Shown: positions 48,944 through 63,300 of the stretch, in pieces | Position numbering within the stretch: the stretch's first letter is position 1 | Layout of the letters: each line of letters starts with the position of its first letter | DNA from: Klebsormidium nitens | Taxonomy: Eukaryota; Plantae; Klebsormidiophyceae | Direction of reading: 5' to 3' | Assembly (NCBI GenBank): GCA_000708835.1 | Contig: DF236953.1 | Span: 110,990-174,989, forward strand | DNA length: 64,000 bases | Position numbers and translations under genes: made by a program | The notes under the pieces: model-generated | What the model saw: the letters and a program-made list of their open reading frames with translations, nothing else | Told to the model about the DNA's origin: nothing | Databases searched by the model: none

Positions 48944-51900
48944 CATCTCCAACGCCTTCACTTTCACGTGGGCCCTGTCGCTGAGGTTGGGCTCCACGGG
49001 CCGCGTGAGATGGTACCGCCATGAGGAGCCTGCACCGAAAACAGGGCCTCAGCACTTAGCACATTAACCAAAAGGTCAGATTCAAAGCATATTGTTGGTC
49101 TGTTCTATTGGTCCCCAACAAACAATCTATGAGCATGTAAATAAAAAGCTGAAAGGGCCATGAACTTTCTGATCGACACTCCAATTTTCGGCGGAGAGTG
49201 AATCTTCGATCTTTGTAGGGGATGTGTAAGCCCTGATGGAAGATGGCAAATCGTTTTGAAATTTGACGACGGCGGCTTTCTACTCGAAGCATTCAACTTC
49301 CACCGTTGATGATGGCTCCCGCTGATCCTTACCGTTGATCTGGTTCAGCAGCCGCCGCAAGTCCGTGCTGTGCCGCCGCGCGCTCGTCATGCGCTCGTAA
49401 TGCCGCGCCTCCCACTCCGTCAGCGCCCTGCGGTGTGAATGCAAGCGGTGGAAAACGGCCCTGCGAGCCTTTTTTCCTTCCCAAATTCAAGTCAGTAGAC
49501 CAGGTGTGATTACGTGCGACGAGATTCAACCAAATACTTGGATTCTCAGTTATCAATCTCAAAACATCAGTTCCTGCGTTAACGATGTCGAAGAAGCAGT
49601 TGCTTGGCATATGAGGGCTCCTTCTCTACACTCCTCAAATCCGCAAACGCTCATTAGTTGGACCAAAATCGCGAAGTACATTCCGTATCGAAATATGAAA
49701 CCGCATAGATCTCGGCCCCGCAGCGCCCAATACGGGACCAGCGGCATACCCACCTCTGAGACGCCGTCGAGTACGCGTCCGCCACGTCAGCATCGTGCCC
49801 CTCCGAACCGTTGATCTCTCCGTTCAGGTTCGCCCTAACCTCTCCATTAACCGTCCCCAACCGCGCGCTCTCCCCGAGCCGCGCCGCGCTGGCCGGTCGG
49901 CTGAGCGTCGCCGCCGGGCTAAACCCTAAACTCCGGAGCGCGCTCGCGGCCGCGGGCCGGTCCGGCTCGAAGCCGAAGCGCGACAGGCCGTAGTCGAAGC
50001 GCATGCCGAGGTTTCGGGGCTCAGGGCGCGCGAGCGCGGACCACGGCCGCAGAGGCGGCGCGGAGGTGCTGCGCTCGCGCGCAGTGTGGAGCGTCTGCAC
50101 GTTCGGAGCAGGATGCGTGAGGATGCAGTCTCTTTCTTGTTGCGCATTAACGTGGGCAAGAGACTTGTGGTACATCTTTGCAGATACAGAAAGATTGTGC
50201 CGCCAGTCATTGTCGTATTCTCGAAACACTTGTTGTTTCGGTCAAAGGTTTGCGGCGCTGGGTGACGCGTAGAGATCGCTTATGCACGTGTGGCAAGCGT
50301 CCAATTTTGCTCCCATTTCGCCGCTTTTGTCGGACGCGTCACCCCGAGAACAGCGGAAACGTATCTGAAGAGCGCTTTCTCGGATTGAGCAAAACATGAT
50401 CGCTTTTTGCCGAGGTTCGTAGCACCCGCCAAAGAAACTTCTGGACACCGCGTCCTAAGCTGCGTAATTCCAGGACCGAACGCGGTCGACGAATTAGAAA
50501 CCCTCGAAATGAGAACGCCCCTATTTTCGCCAGAGTCCAGATCTGCACATGAATGGTTTGGGATCCCTTCACGCAACACTTCAAGCATGGTCCGTTTAGG
50601 TACTCCGCTTGGATCTCCAAGTTTCCCGCCCCCTTTCGTGGCAAGTCTATTGCCCTCTCTTTGGCATCCAGAGAGGACAGCCTGACAGTGGCCCACCCTA
50701 GCCACGAGGACTCCTCCCCTCCAAAACGGAGAACTCATTAGAGGAATCAATGCCAATGATCTGCCGTCTTTTGGCCCAAAGATGCGGGATGTGGGCAGGG
50801 TTTAAGCAGGGCTCGGGCAGAATTTCAGGGGTAAATTTAGGCAGCAGTTTCGCAGACCCACCCCTTGCTTTTGCAGCTCGAGCGCGTAGTAGCTCGCGCC
50901 GTCCCGCAGGCTGCCCTCCCAGTCGGGCGCGCGCGCGGGCAGGCCGTCCCACTCGGACCGCCAGAAGCTGCCACGTGCCGACGCGCCGTGCTCCGAAGGT
51001 GGCTGCAGACGCGGGATCACGCTCGATCAATTCTGGTACATAGCACGAATTCAAATTCGGGCACCAAGCACACTCGGCTGAAGATCGGCGTTTCGAGGCC
51101 GCTGACAATCCGACTAGGAGAACGGATGCAACAGTTCTGCACATTCTGAGAATCAAAAGGACGGCGTTCAGAGAACCGCTTGGAAGCCGTCGCGGAGCGG
51201 GTCGGTAACAAAAGCAGAGGCACAGTTGAACGACGAGTTGGCTCACTTGTTTGCTTTGCCACATGAGTTTAGATAGACCGGCCAAGGAACCAATCCAGAA
51301 AAGAGAAAGCTAACGCAATGCTCACGGGTCGCTCGCGCAGCGGGCTCTCGTAGCGCGTGACCGCGGGCTGGAAGGTGCACTCCTTGAGCTCGCGCCGCGC
51401 GCGCCGCTCCTTCTCCTCGCGCAGCCGCGCGTCGCGGCGCGCCTTCCACGCGCGCACGCGCTCCAGGAAGTCGGCGCGGCTGCCGCTGTCGAACCTGCGG
51501 GGCGACACGCGACCCTGGTCAGCAACCTTGGAAGTCGCCCAGCCGTTTTCTTATCGCCGCCGGTCGTCCACCTTCCTGATTTGACACGCTTCCTAATCTA
51601 TCATCCAGACAAAATCGGATTTCTCTTTGGAAACGAAGTGGGTCGTTTCTGCTGTGCAGCAGTCCAGCCTATGTGCGACATAATACAAGTCCTACCATTG
51701 ACATTTCGCCCCTTCGTATGAATTTGACGGTTGAAGATTCATGACGGACGAATCCTGTAGCGCTCACAAGCCCTTTGCTGCATTTTTGAGGCAGCCAGAG
51801 TTTCCTTCAGGTGTCTTCTTGCAAGGATCTCAGCTTGAAGTGGACGGAGAATGTGCTGGAATACGTTTGAGCAATTCGAAGTGATGAATAAATACGCGCG

Positions 51901-54485
51901 GAGTCCGCCATTATCCTATACGCTCTATTCGCCGACGTCATCCGGGCAGGGCTGGCTGACGTTGCTCACATCTCTTGGCTGGTTTTGCTGATGACGGGCG
52001 CGAAGGTGCACTCGGCCAGCTCGCGCTGCTCGCGCTCCTCCTGCCGCTCCTGCGCGAGCGCCTGCTGCCGCCGCCGACGCTGGAGAGCGAGATTGAGAAG
52101 TGTCAAAAGCTGGGCACCATGAACATGCGTTCCATTTTGATACTTCTTTAGCATGAGGCCGTTTGGCTGCGTATTTCGTGAGCTCCTTGCCCGAGTGCCT
52201 GCTGCTGCCACCGGCGCTGAAGAGCAAACCCCAAAGTACTTTCAAAGCTGAGAATTATGAACATGTGCTCAGCTTATGACAACGTTGTGGATGGCTGTCC
52301 GTTTGTGAAAGTTGTTCGTGACTTCTTTGGCCGCTTCAGAAAAACCTCAGCGTGTTGCATTAGGTTGCACCAGCTTCTGCCGGCCACCAATCTACCGATG
52401 CATATCAAAGGTCGTGTCAAACCTGCAATATAATTTTCATAAGCGTATTTCGCTCGTACAACAACGGTCTCCTGGTAATTTAGAAGAGAAGATCATAGAC
52501 CCAGCATAAACGAGAAGTTTCATGAGAAGAAATCTCACCTCTTTCGACTCCTCTTCGAAGCGGTCCTCGAACTTTCTCCGCCCCCCCGGGCTCACGCTCC
52601 GGGCCCTTTCCAGGCCCGCACTCCGCACATAAGCCGGCGGCCGATCAGGTCGGGGGATCCCCCCGGCCAATTTTGCCCTCTCCTGTGCTAAAGTCAATAC
52701 CTCCTCCGATGCCCCGCTGCTTAACCCCGTGTCTAACCCGATTTGCAGAGCAGAAGATTCCGCCGAGGGAGTTCCGCTTTCCGGGGCGGAAAGAGGAGAA
52801 GCGATCCGGAAGACCCCGCTCTTCGAACTGCTCCGACCCAAGTTTCTGCCTGAGGCGCTCCGCTCGAGCCGCGGCTGGCCGTCCGATGGCCGGGCGTCCC
52901 GCCCAGATGACGCCACGTGGCTCATTGAACCGCTGCGACTGAGAACGCTCTTCACCGAAGCGCTTCTCTCGAGCCTAGCCCGGCCGTCCGATGACGGCCT
53001 CTCCCGCTCAGATGGCGCCACGTGGCTGCCCCTCGTCGGGTCACTCCGGCTTCCGGGTCGGTGGGCGTCCGAAGCGGAGGCGGGCCGCTCGGGGACCGAC
53101 ACGTGGCGCTCTCTGGACGACGCAGCGGAGCTGGGCCTGCGTTGGTTTGTTCCGCTCTGAGAAACGTTTCCGGTATCCGCAAACCGATCGGAGCCCGACC
53201 GGCTGAAACCGTCGCTCGTCGAAGCCCCGAACCCTTGGTCCCTGCCGTCCATCTTCGACTTCGTACTTCCGGCGCCCTCTGATCTTTCCTGCCGTTCGCG
53301 TGTCGGAACGGTTTCTGCTGCAGAAAGGGGTTTCCGAACGGAATCCACGGCTCCTGAGCCTTCAGGGGTTTGCGAACTAACGGGGCCCAAACCCTCCGCC
53401 AAGAACCCGCCGTTCAGCAGGCTCGCCAAACCCCCCCCTGCAGGAACGGAGAGCAACGCCCCAGTCGAAAAACTGCCGCCTCCGGAGATAGAGAGAGATC
53501 CCCCTGGATTTTTCACGTAGGAAAAGGTCTGCTGCGCCCTCAAACCCGGCGCTTCCTCGTGCGGCCGCGACCGTCGCTCCCCTAGAAGCCCCCCCTGGGG
53601 CGAGTCCAAACCCTCCAAACCCTGCGCAGTGCTGAGACGTGTCGTTTCGTGATTGCTGCCCGTCGGTTGCAAGCCGTCTTTCTCGACGCGCATCAGCAGC
53701 TCCTCGAGTCTGCTGGAGTTTGTCCGAGACAGACTGACGGACGGTTCGCTCGACCGGCCGTCCGAACTGCCGAAACTGCTGCCGATCTGCCGCCGGCGGA
53801 GGGACAAGCTATTGGCCAGCGGCTGGTATAGCTGCTGGTACAAATCGGTCTCGCGCTGGGCGACCTCGTCGGGCAGGGAGCCGCTAAACGGTCGCCCTGA
53901 CGGCCCTGCGGTTCCGCTCGCAATGCGCTCGTGCAGAACTTCAATCTCCTCTTGCGCGCTGGGAACTCTAGAGCTTCTCGACTCTGACGAAGTGAAGGCA
54001 GCGGCGGGAAGATCGTCTAGGTTTCCCTGCCCTCGAAGCGTCCGGATCGGCTTTCCTTTTCGTGCTTCACTCGTTCTCCTCACATCCGTGTCATTTTTGA
54101 GCCCGTTTCTCTCTGTCCTAACCCGTTGATCGTGCCCGTTTCCGCTTAACTGGTTCATGCTAACCCCATCTTGCGGAGTCCCTCGTTGACTTTTCCCTCC
54201 AGACGAGCTAACCCTGTCCAAACCCTCACGTTCACTTGTCCGCCCCTCGGACACTCTCGATCGGTCCGACGACCTCCTAGAAGGTCCGCTGTCCGCGAAC
54301 AACCAGGGGGGGTGCTCTTCCCGCTCAGATCTCCCCCCTATTTCGAAACCCCTGTCTTCGATGCGGCTGGCAGTCCGGCTCCGTCCAGCTCTCGCAGACT
54401 GGATGACGTCACTCGAGACGTACTTCGGATCGTACATGCCGGCAACGCTCCTTCCGCTCTTCACCTGCCCGGAATACTCGATCAC
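48944..54485 (-). CDS. Large low-complexity/coiled-coil protein with ECTFxP repeats; function unknown, both ends uncertain
   Basis: A ~1.9-kb S/R/G-rich exon runs to 52539. Later GC-rich exons: 52079-51970 (ELAECTFAPVISKTS), ~51515-51325 (DFLERVRAW...ELKECTFQPAV), ~51035-50870, ~50095-49830, ~49428-49334 (WEARHYERMTSAR) and ~49030-48944 (GSSWRYHLTRPVEPNL). Splice sites are canonical. The first in-frame ATG of the long exon is at ~54437. Confidence 0.65.
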
Positions 54486-56414
54486 TCTCTCCCGTTCCCT
54501 AGACCGATCCTGCCGGGTACCTTTTGCCGCTGAAACATGCCCGGTTGACGTCGCCCGAGCACCTTTCTGACTCGAAACCGCCGCATTCCATCGCTCCTCC
54601 CGTGCAGAGTTCGGCCGCTCCTTTCGCCGGGCACTTTCTGACCGGTCACTTGCACTTCCTCCCCCCTTCGAACCGATTCTTCTGGATTGCCCCTGAGTCG
54701 ATTCATTCTCTCCACCTCCGGGGGTATTGGTGCCATGGCTGTGCTGGGCGCTCTGGGGTTGGGAGGGCCCCCCCGAAGAGTTCCGATGGAGCTGCAGCCT
54801 CGCCTCGAGGAGAAGGTTGTGTTTCTGGAGCTTTTGTTCACTGCAAGCGACGAGGATTGTTTTCAGTCCAGTTTCAGTCCTACTTCCACTTCAAAGTAAA
54901 AAAGTCCCTGAGCTTAGAGCGAGCTCTGCCAATTTGCAATGTGATGAGACAATCGAGTACGAACGCTGTACAAATGAACTACAGAAACACGGGGGATGGA
55001 ACCTGGAATGAAGGCCAATGCAGCGGATATAGTACCAAGTTTGGAAGTAAAGAAAAAATCGAGTGGAAAGGACAAATGCTCACATCTTCTGAGCGAAGAG
55101 CTGTTCCCCGAGCTGAGTCCCTGACCCCAGCCGGCTGCAAAATAGAAAGAGCGGAGATTAGAACCAGTACCGGCATCATCATGTGCGTACAAACTGCTTC
55201 AGTGTGTGTGCGTACCATTGCGCATAGTCTCCTAAGTTGCCCTTTGCCCTGCGGAGGCTGCATACACAAAGTTAACCAGACAATGTGCCATCCTCCATAA
55301 AGCAAGCAAGTTGAATAGAGATAGGTCCACTGATTGGTGCACCTTAAACAGGCTCTACATCTGGTACTGATTACCAGCAAGGTTCACTTTTGAGGCTTGT
55401 GTCAAGTGCTACCTCGAGCTTTGTGCAACCGTGATCTGCCAGTCTTGTGAAGCAAGTGCTCAGCTTGTTTCGACACATGTGCTGCTAGACTCAGGGTGCT
55501 ATGACCACCCGCTTTGCTACCCTTCTGCTCGAGAGCCGGGCAGAATCTGTCTCCAGGTCAGTGCTTCCCCTAATCTGTAGGCACTCAGGCTGGCCCATGC
55601 TTCTCCACCTTAGGACTTTTCCACCGATCGTCAGATTTCCGTTTGGCTACTCATTGACTCTGTCTGATCGCTGAGTTCACTTCTACTGCACACCACTTGG
55701 GTAAGAGCCAATGGCAGCACTTCAAACTCTATCTAAGTTACTTCATCCTGCCACTTGCGGTCAAATCACAAAAGTCCTGGCTGCTCTGGTTGCGAGCAGC
55801 CTGCTCATCTTTCGGCCAGCAGACCTCTTTCCTCTTGGTAAGGCTTAGCAAACTCTGTCGCTCATGAGGAACGCTTGGTAAACCAGCGAGCGCAATGCCC
55901 ATCAGGAGATGCTCGTTTGAGGTCTCCATATCAGCACACTGCAACTTAACTAAGTAAAGAGACTGTGGCAAGATCACAGAAAGAATACGTCAAAGCACCA
56001 ACAATAAGCGAGATGCTCGGGAAGTGAGAAGAAGGATTGTGAAGCAACGGCCCTACCTGGGAGTTCTGGACCTCCCCCGTGCTTCCATCATGCTGTCACG
56101 CGGTTCCCGGCCGCAGCATTGCCTCCTGAATGTGGCCTTCAGAAAAGGATTAACTACTTACAGGCAGGCCGGCAAAGTTGCCCCTGCAATGGCATTGTTC
56201 GCTGGGCTCGTGCAAGTCCCCTCATGACTTTGTACAGCCCTGTAAAAATCGCCCTGCCTCAAAGATCCAACTGACACATATGTGCAGGCTGCGGCCCCGC
56301 CCTTGGGGAGCCTGTGAGAGCGGAAACTGGAGTCAACAGGCGAGAACTTAAAATTGCCAATATCTTGCAGCAAATGCTTCTTCCGAGTCAGCGGCGAGTC
56401 GCATCTTCCAAGTC

Positions 56415-56423
56415 AAACCCTAA
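56415..56423 (+). promoter_or_regulatory. Telo-box-like motif AAACCCTAA in the divergent promoter interval
   Basis: Exact motif between two divergently transcribed genes. A 9-mer can occur by chance. Confidence 0.25.
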
Positions 56424-57345
56424 TCTCCTGTTTTTGGCGCTGGTGGGGAAAGATCTACCGGGCGCGGGACCCGGGCGATATTTGGGGCTTGTTGAGCGGC
56501 CGGTTCAGAAGCCCGGTGAAATTGAGGTAAAACCAGTGCGCGCGCAACCGTCACTGTCTTGGAGTAGAGATTTGTCAGGCTGCCATGCAGCGACCTGAGC
56601 AAGATTGACTTTTCCTCTGGACACTGGATGTGTCTGACGCTGGCTCTGCAACTTGCAAGCCAGGCTACGCAAGCTGGAAATGCGCGGAACATGTCCAACT
56701 AGACGTTCTTGACATCTTCGCCGCAAGCTCAGATCTAGCGACCATTCGTTTTCTGGCTCATGTTCGTTAGATCTCAGAGGTCATCAGCCGAAACTGCAAA
56801 GGACATAAGAACCAATAAAGTACCTACTTGTGAATACGTTAGGGTTTCCGGACAGAGAGCTTGAACGGCAATTATGACGACTCGGAGTTGAACTTGGAGC
56901 TGGCATCAACTGGACCATATTGGACAAGTTCATGCATACCTGATCACCAATTAACTGCCCATGCAGCTTGTACACTGACAAAACACCTCATCTATTGCAC
57001 TTGCGTTTGAGAGCACTTCTTTTGGAGAGCTGATCAAGCTGCCGGTGGCGCATCTGGCTTCATTGGGGGAGACTCCAGATTCGGGGCATTGCGATATGAG
57101 TTCACAAAAGCCCCATGCTTTTGAAGACGTACTAGTGATCAAATTGAGGTTGAGCGAGGCCAAAGTGCTTGCAACAGTTCGTTTGGCTTCAATTTTCACT
57201 AGCTCGCTCTCCAGTTGAAATTTGCAACAAGAGGTCACCTCGCAATGTGCTCAAAAACAGGACGTATAGCAGACGGCAGCTTTTCAGCAACCAGCTCGTA
57301 GCGCTTCTGTCATAAAGACAGCAGAATGCATGGCCTGTTCACACC

Positions 57346-60300
57346 ATGCCACGTCCCCAGCCTGCTTCTCGCACCCCCACTTTGGGAGAGGCCGTGCTCA
57401 TCCGAAACGCTTTAGCTCGTAACCTAGACGAGGTTACTGATAACTCAGCTGGGTTTCCAGAAAACAGAGACAGCAAGGGGAACCCCATATCTTGGCAGGG
57501 CCAGTGGGCAGGTTTAGACGCCGGTCTAGAAGCGGGTTATCAGTGGGCTGTTCTGCCAGACAACGCAGATAACCAGGCAGGTTACGATGACGATAGCGAC
57601 GAGACCGGGCGCCATGCAGAGTGGCAGTCTGCATCGCACGAGAGCTCGGAAGGGGGTTCCGCTAACCGAGTGGTTAGCGGAGAGGAGCGGCGCTCGCTCT
57701 CCGAGCTGCGCCAGACCAGGGCGGGAGGGAAATTGGTTTGGACAGTTCCCGAGCTCAAACCCGAGCGGGTTAGGGGGAGGGTTAGGGAAGGCGGGCGGCT
57801 TGCATTCGGGCGGCCGCAGTCGGTCATGGCATCCCGTCCAGTTAGCAGAGACCCCCGGCTAACCAGTGGCTTATCGTCCTTAACCCTGGTAAAGCCCCGG
57901 CCGCTGTCACACTCGTCTGGGTTACCTCCAGCCCCTCTGCCCATCTTGAAAGAAAATAGCATTGGCGGGGAAAGGGATAGGAATGTAGCAGCTCAATTAA
58001 GGAGTGTCCGACCATACACAGCTTTGGGAACGTATGACACTGTCAAAGAAGCTCACAATAATCACGCAAAGCCTCCCCTCCAAAGACCACACTCTGTTTC
58101 GGGCCTGTGTCAGGCAACCCAAGCAGATCATATCCGGCAACACAGCGCGGGCGAAGTCAAAAACAATGGCGGTACATTAGTCAGCACTAACCCAACAAAC
58201 CCCGCAGCCAAACGATCCTCCCAACAACCGCGCGCTCAAACCGCTGGGCCCTGTTTCCGGTGTGCGAGCGTGCAGGCCGAGCGAGACTGGTTGCAAAGCC
58301 CCGGGACTGCCTTTGACCAGCCCTTAACCACCGCTTTTAACCGTCCACTTACCAGCTTAGACGGCCACAGTCACAATGCAGACGGCCAAGAGTCAAGAAG
58401 AAGTCAGACCGCTTGTGGACACCGTGAAAGCACTAGAGGGGGCCCAGTCTCATCCGAACGGCGCGCACAAACTTCGATGGGTAGGCATCGGAATAGTCAT
58501 GGGGCAGAGGGGGGTGACGTCATTGCTGACATCATGAATGACGTCACTTCGCGCGGGCAAGTACCCAGGTCCGAAGCGGTGTCCGGGCTGTTCCGGTCGT
58601 GCCTCGCGCTCGAGGGGCGGCTTCGGACCTTGGAGCTGCTTTCTGGAGGGGGGGTGCCGGGAACAAGCAAACTTGGGGAAATGCCCGGCTCAAACAACTT
58701 GGGGAGACGGCGGGGTTTCGAGGGTTTGAGTCGGCGCCCGCATACTGCTTTTGGCGAGGCGGAGTTGAAGGCGAACGGCGCGGGCGGAAGCTCGGTGAAA
58801 CGGCCAGCCACGAGTATAGGTGCGCCGATGCGAGGTAGCGGGTATGTCGGGGGTCGCTTTGCAAGGAGCCAGTCAAAGGAGTATTACTTAGGGTCGTCTA
58901 GCCACAGTCGTCCAGTCGAAACCTCTATGTATTTTACTGAAAACCTACGAACCGAAAGCTCAGAGGCCGTAACCGGATTCCTGAACCAGACCCAGGTCCG
59001 TCAAACCGTGCACCGGATCTCGGACCTCGCTGCGGAAATGGGAGGAATCCTGCAGGGCTACTCAGACGAAACCAGACGGTTGGCCGCGGTTATGATAACC
59101 CGGTTCGTTCGGGGCTTCCTCTGCCGGAAGCGCTTCCGAGAGGGGCGGAAAGCGCTGCGGGACTGGCGCGCAGAGGAGTTCGGGCCGGTCCGGAGCCTGC
59201 TGACGTCATGGTTGCGTAAGCGCGCGGGTCAGGAGGTGCGCATGAAAGTGATACAGGCGGTGCGGGGCCGGCGGGTGGCGGAGGCTGCTTTCCGGGCGTG
59301 GACCGGAGCGGTGAGCCGTCAACGCTTTGTCGTGGCCGCTTGCACAAATTTGAGTACGCCGACTAGAATTAAAAAGCGCTGGTGTGAACCAGGGGGAGGG
59401 GCGCTCCCCATTCCCGCGCGAGATTTGGTTTGATAGCCCCTCCTTGACTCTCTAGAAGCTTAAAGAAACTTCTTCTTTCGTCTTGGTTATCTGAGGGTAA
59501 ATTTGAGATGTTGTGTATTTTGGCGATCACAGAAAGAGTGATGAGGTGGCTACAGCTGTGTGAGGACTTTGGACGGCTGCATGGCAACTATAGGCGTTCA
59601 TGAGAAACACTACTCGTCTTTTGTTTTGAATGCTGCCCCTCACAGGGTTCTTCCGTCGTATGCGGGTCCCCTCTTACAATGCGTCTTTTCAGAAGAATGA
59701 AATCGGGGCGTCCAGAATGCGCTTTGAACGAAGGTATACGCTACAAAAAGTTCTCCATCGTCCGTTTCACCTCTAGCCACCGGTTGCTGAGGTCATGCTC
59801 ACATCCACTTCCATACCACAGGTACTGGTTTGTCGAGAAGAGCGCGCGCAGTCCATGGTACGCGCCGTGAGGCTCCAGGGCGAACACCTGCAGAGGCGCG
59901 GGGCGAAGGCGCTCCGTGCGTGGCGGGACATTGCGATTGGGCCTCAGGTAGGGAAATTTGCTCAAGTCTTCAAGATGCTAACAAGCCTGCTTTGGCGTGG
60001 GAATGCTCCGCCTGGGGGTTTAATATCTGTGGTTTCTAAACGGTGTGATGCATTTCAGGCGTAACGGAATCATTCAAGGGCCCACCTTTCAAAAATCTTC
60101 TATGTTCAAGCATTCCAAAATGAGTATGAGTCTGGCAGAAGTACAACCGGGTTCCGCATCGAGCACTTTTTCAACGTGACACTCTGACGCCAGTCTTCCG
60201 TTAGACGTGCCTTCGCCCAGAAGAACGAAGAAAGCAACAGCGTCGAAGCGTCGAACCCTCAATCTGATTCGCTTCCCCTAAATAAAGGAATTGCCGGCCC

Positions 60301-63300
60301 GCACCGGCTGCGTGTTCTTGGCTGCAGTCAAAGACGCATTAGAGGGGAGAATAATGCCATGTCAAAAAGCCAGACGTATGGTCGGATTTCCTGACGCCCA
60401 ACCAGATGCATTTCGGAGTGAATATTCATATCCAGCCCGCAACCGATAAAGTGGAGCCTCGCCTCTATGGAACCGGGTCCAACTTTTTGAGCGTTGCTCC
60501 TTATGATCTCTGCTTTCCAGAGCCGCACAAAGTGCGTCGAGAACCATAAACGCCGGTGGGAAGAAGCGCGCGCGCGGCTGCTTCTGCTGGCGGAACAGAA
60601 GAGCTGGGCGGGCGGCGTCACGGACGAAATGGTCGCCGAGGATCTGCACGCGGCCGCGGTGCGGAAGCTGCGCGAGCGCGCGCACGCGCGCACGCTGGGG
60701 CGTACCTTCCGGGAGTGGAAGAAGGTAAGCGTAATTCTCGGCCGAAGGAGTCATGGCTTACTTTCCAGCCCGCTTAGATGCATTCGTATAAATGTAAGTT
60801 TCCTCTTGTCGCAACTGCGTATCAACGCGAAGTTAAAGCATAATCTTCTCATTTCTATTTGCTGACCGCTTTCGTGCTTCTTTTCGGACACGGATATGCT
60901 TAGATGAAGGTCCGAAAGACATCTTGTCACAGCTTTGCTTTTTATGCATAGACACTCTTACCCAATATAGATCGTATAGTCCCATCATGGGCAAACCCAG
61001 GAACGAATCCGCACTCAATCTGCAACGATTCGAGTCCTAGCTGTGAGACGGATTTCACCCCGCTTCGTGCAGCTGACGTACATTCGGCTGGGCCTAGCGC
61101 GCTATCAAGGGCGACTTAAGAGAGCGGTTCTCCAGGAGTTAGTCGCCGTTATGTGGGACAAGCGCGCGCGCGTGGGCGAGGCGATGTGGGCTCGCCGGAA
61201 GATCCACCGGGAGGCGAAATTGCTCGGAAGGCGGAAGCGGCTCTGGGGGGTCTGGGACACGTGGCACGCGGAGGTGCAGCGCGCGCGCATGTTGCGCACG
61301 TTCTTGTCACAGAAAGGTGGGAACGTTCTAAGTCTGCTGATCAAGTGGTCGACATAACGTTGGGTTGCCAAGCCTTTCTCGATTCTGGAAGAGTTCGATG
61401 CTGGCACTAAGTTCTTGGAATTATTCGAGTGTTGTTTTGCGAGTACCGGTTTGCTGATCTTCGAAATGATGTTGCCGTGCAGGCACAAAAGTTCAAAAGA
61501 TAGCAAAATAAGATGCTGTGGAGAGTTGAAGACTGAGGGTTTCTTTGAGGGTCCTTTCTGATTGTCCATACCCGAGAGTGTTCCCACAAAGCATTTCGGT
61601 GTCTTACATGTAGCAATGCTTGCAGATAAAAGTCACGGCCTGCGCGCTCTTCCTATCGCCTTCCGCCGCGACCAATCTGCGGTTGACACGTGGACGGAAA
61701 CGATAGCGGAGTGCAGCACCTGGATCGCCGTGGAGGCGACAGCTGTCGCGCGCGCGTTCCGCCGGTGGCAGGCGTTCCGGCGGATGCAGGAGACGCTGCG
61801 CGCGCTGCAGGAGGCGCGCATTCATCCCGTTCGATCGTAAGAATAGTCTTCTTGACCCTGACTTCAACGGTCTGACCCTGAATCCCCGGAGTTCTGGCAA
61901 CCTCGCATCCAAAAAGCCATTTCTTCACCAGAGGTGGAACACCCAAACAAGTCTTTTACATACATGCTAGGTCTTCGCTAAACTCTCGTCTCTGTCTACC
62001 GAAATTGTACAACCTTATTTGAAGACCCTAGTATGAAAGTGGACTATCTCTACGTGTGGTACGAGAGACAATCCTTCCTCAACTTGACAATGACACATTA
62101 CCCCTCGCTTCATGTCATCTCTCCCTTCAGGATTATTCTTGATGAAGTCACCGCTTACGACCGGTTCTGCTCTCGCCTCGGCGGAACTCATTTTAGCTAC
62201 TGAAATCGGCCTTGCGCTGCGTAGGCCTTTCTTCGCCAATGCTTCGTTCCGTAGATTAAGCTGACCTTGGCTTGGCGGAACCTACTCAAGTTTTCTTTGA
62301 TTGTGGCGTGCTTTCGGTTCCGCTTTCCGGGCAGATCTCCTTCTGAACGGAACACTTTGTCTGCAGTGTCAAGGGACGAGAGCTGCTGCGGGTCGTCTTT
62401 ACCGCGTGGCTGGAGACACAGTGGCCGAAGCGGGGTGCAACAGGTGACGTCAGGGGCAGCTCGAGTGACGTTAGCACGGTAAGAGGAGTAGCACGTGGGG
62501 GGATCGGGTTCATAAAAGCTGACCTTCAGAAAGTATTTGAACGTTGCTTGGCAATCTCGTTCAATAGACGAAAGCGAATATGGAACTGCGTATGGAACGG
62601 TCAACCGTGAGATGGAGCCCATAATTTGCATAGGATACAAGATTCCGAATCTTACAATGAATGCTTCTGGACCTGCAACTAATATCCATGAATTCTTTGG
62701 CAAGGATTGGCGTGACAAACCCCAACGGCGGTGAAAAGCCTCAAAAGTCGAGGACTTCAGCAATACAAACTCGCAACCGGCCTTTTGAAGGGCCCCAGTG
62801 ATGGCTGCGATTAACTTTGGTTTACTTATTAGATGCTTGTCATATTTTCTCATTGCGGTCTATCATCTTTCCATTTTGAGCAGTCACGAAAGCCGCCAGA
62901 AACGGCGAGCCAGGAGGAGCCAGCGGGGGGGTCCAACATGCGGGGCCCGGACCCCCCGGCGAGCGAGAAAGAGGCCCACTCAAGGAGAAGACAGTCTGTC
63001 GGTTCAATGCGAGCAACGACGGAGGCGCTGAAAGCGGCGCTCCTGGAAAGACGGTATGCATTTCCTCGATAAACACCAGTTTTGCATGAACTGTGGGGAG
63101 GGAATTCCTTGGAGTCCTTCTTGCGTGTCTGTCGAATTCCTATACTGTTAGTCATATTTACGCTTGGAAATATTCACACAGCGGCGTTTACAACCCGGGC
63201 TTTGCATGTGCCGTTCCGCTCACGCGCCCGTCAACGCAACGGAAACAATCCGGCTGTGCTATAAAACATGGATCTACGCCCGTTTGAGTAACCAGTCTCA

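Noticed and set aside
49915-49932. Telomere-like CTAAACCCTAAAC
   Set aside because: Under two repeat units and inside a probable coding exon (SLGFS); not an interstitial telomere array.
52673-54533. Many overlapping plus-strand ORFs, and similar antisense ORFs across other GC-rich exons
   Set aside because: Shadow ORFs opposite the long GC-rich coding exons.
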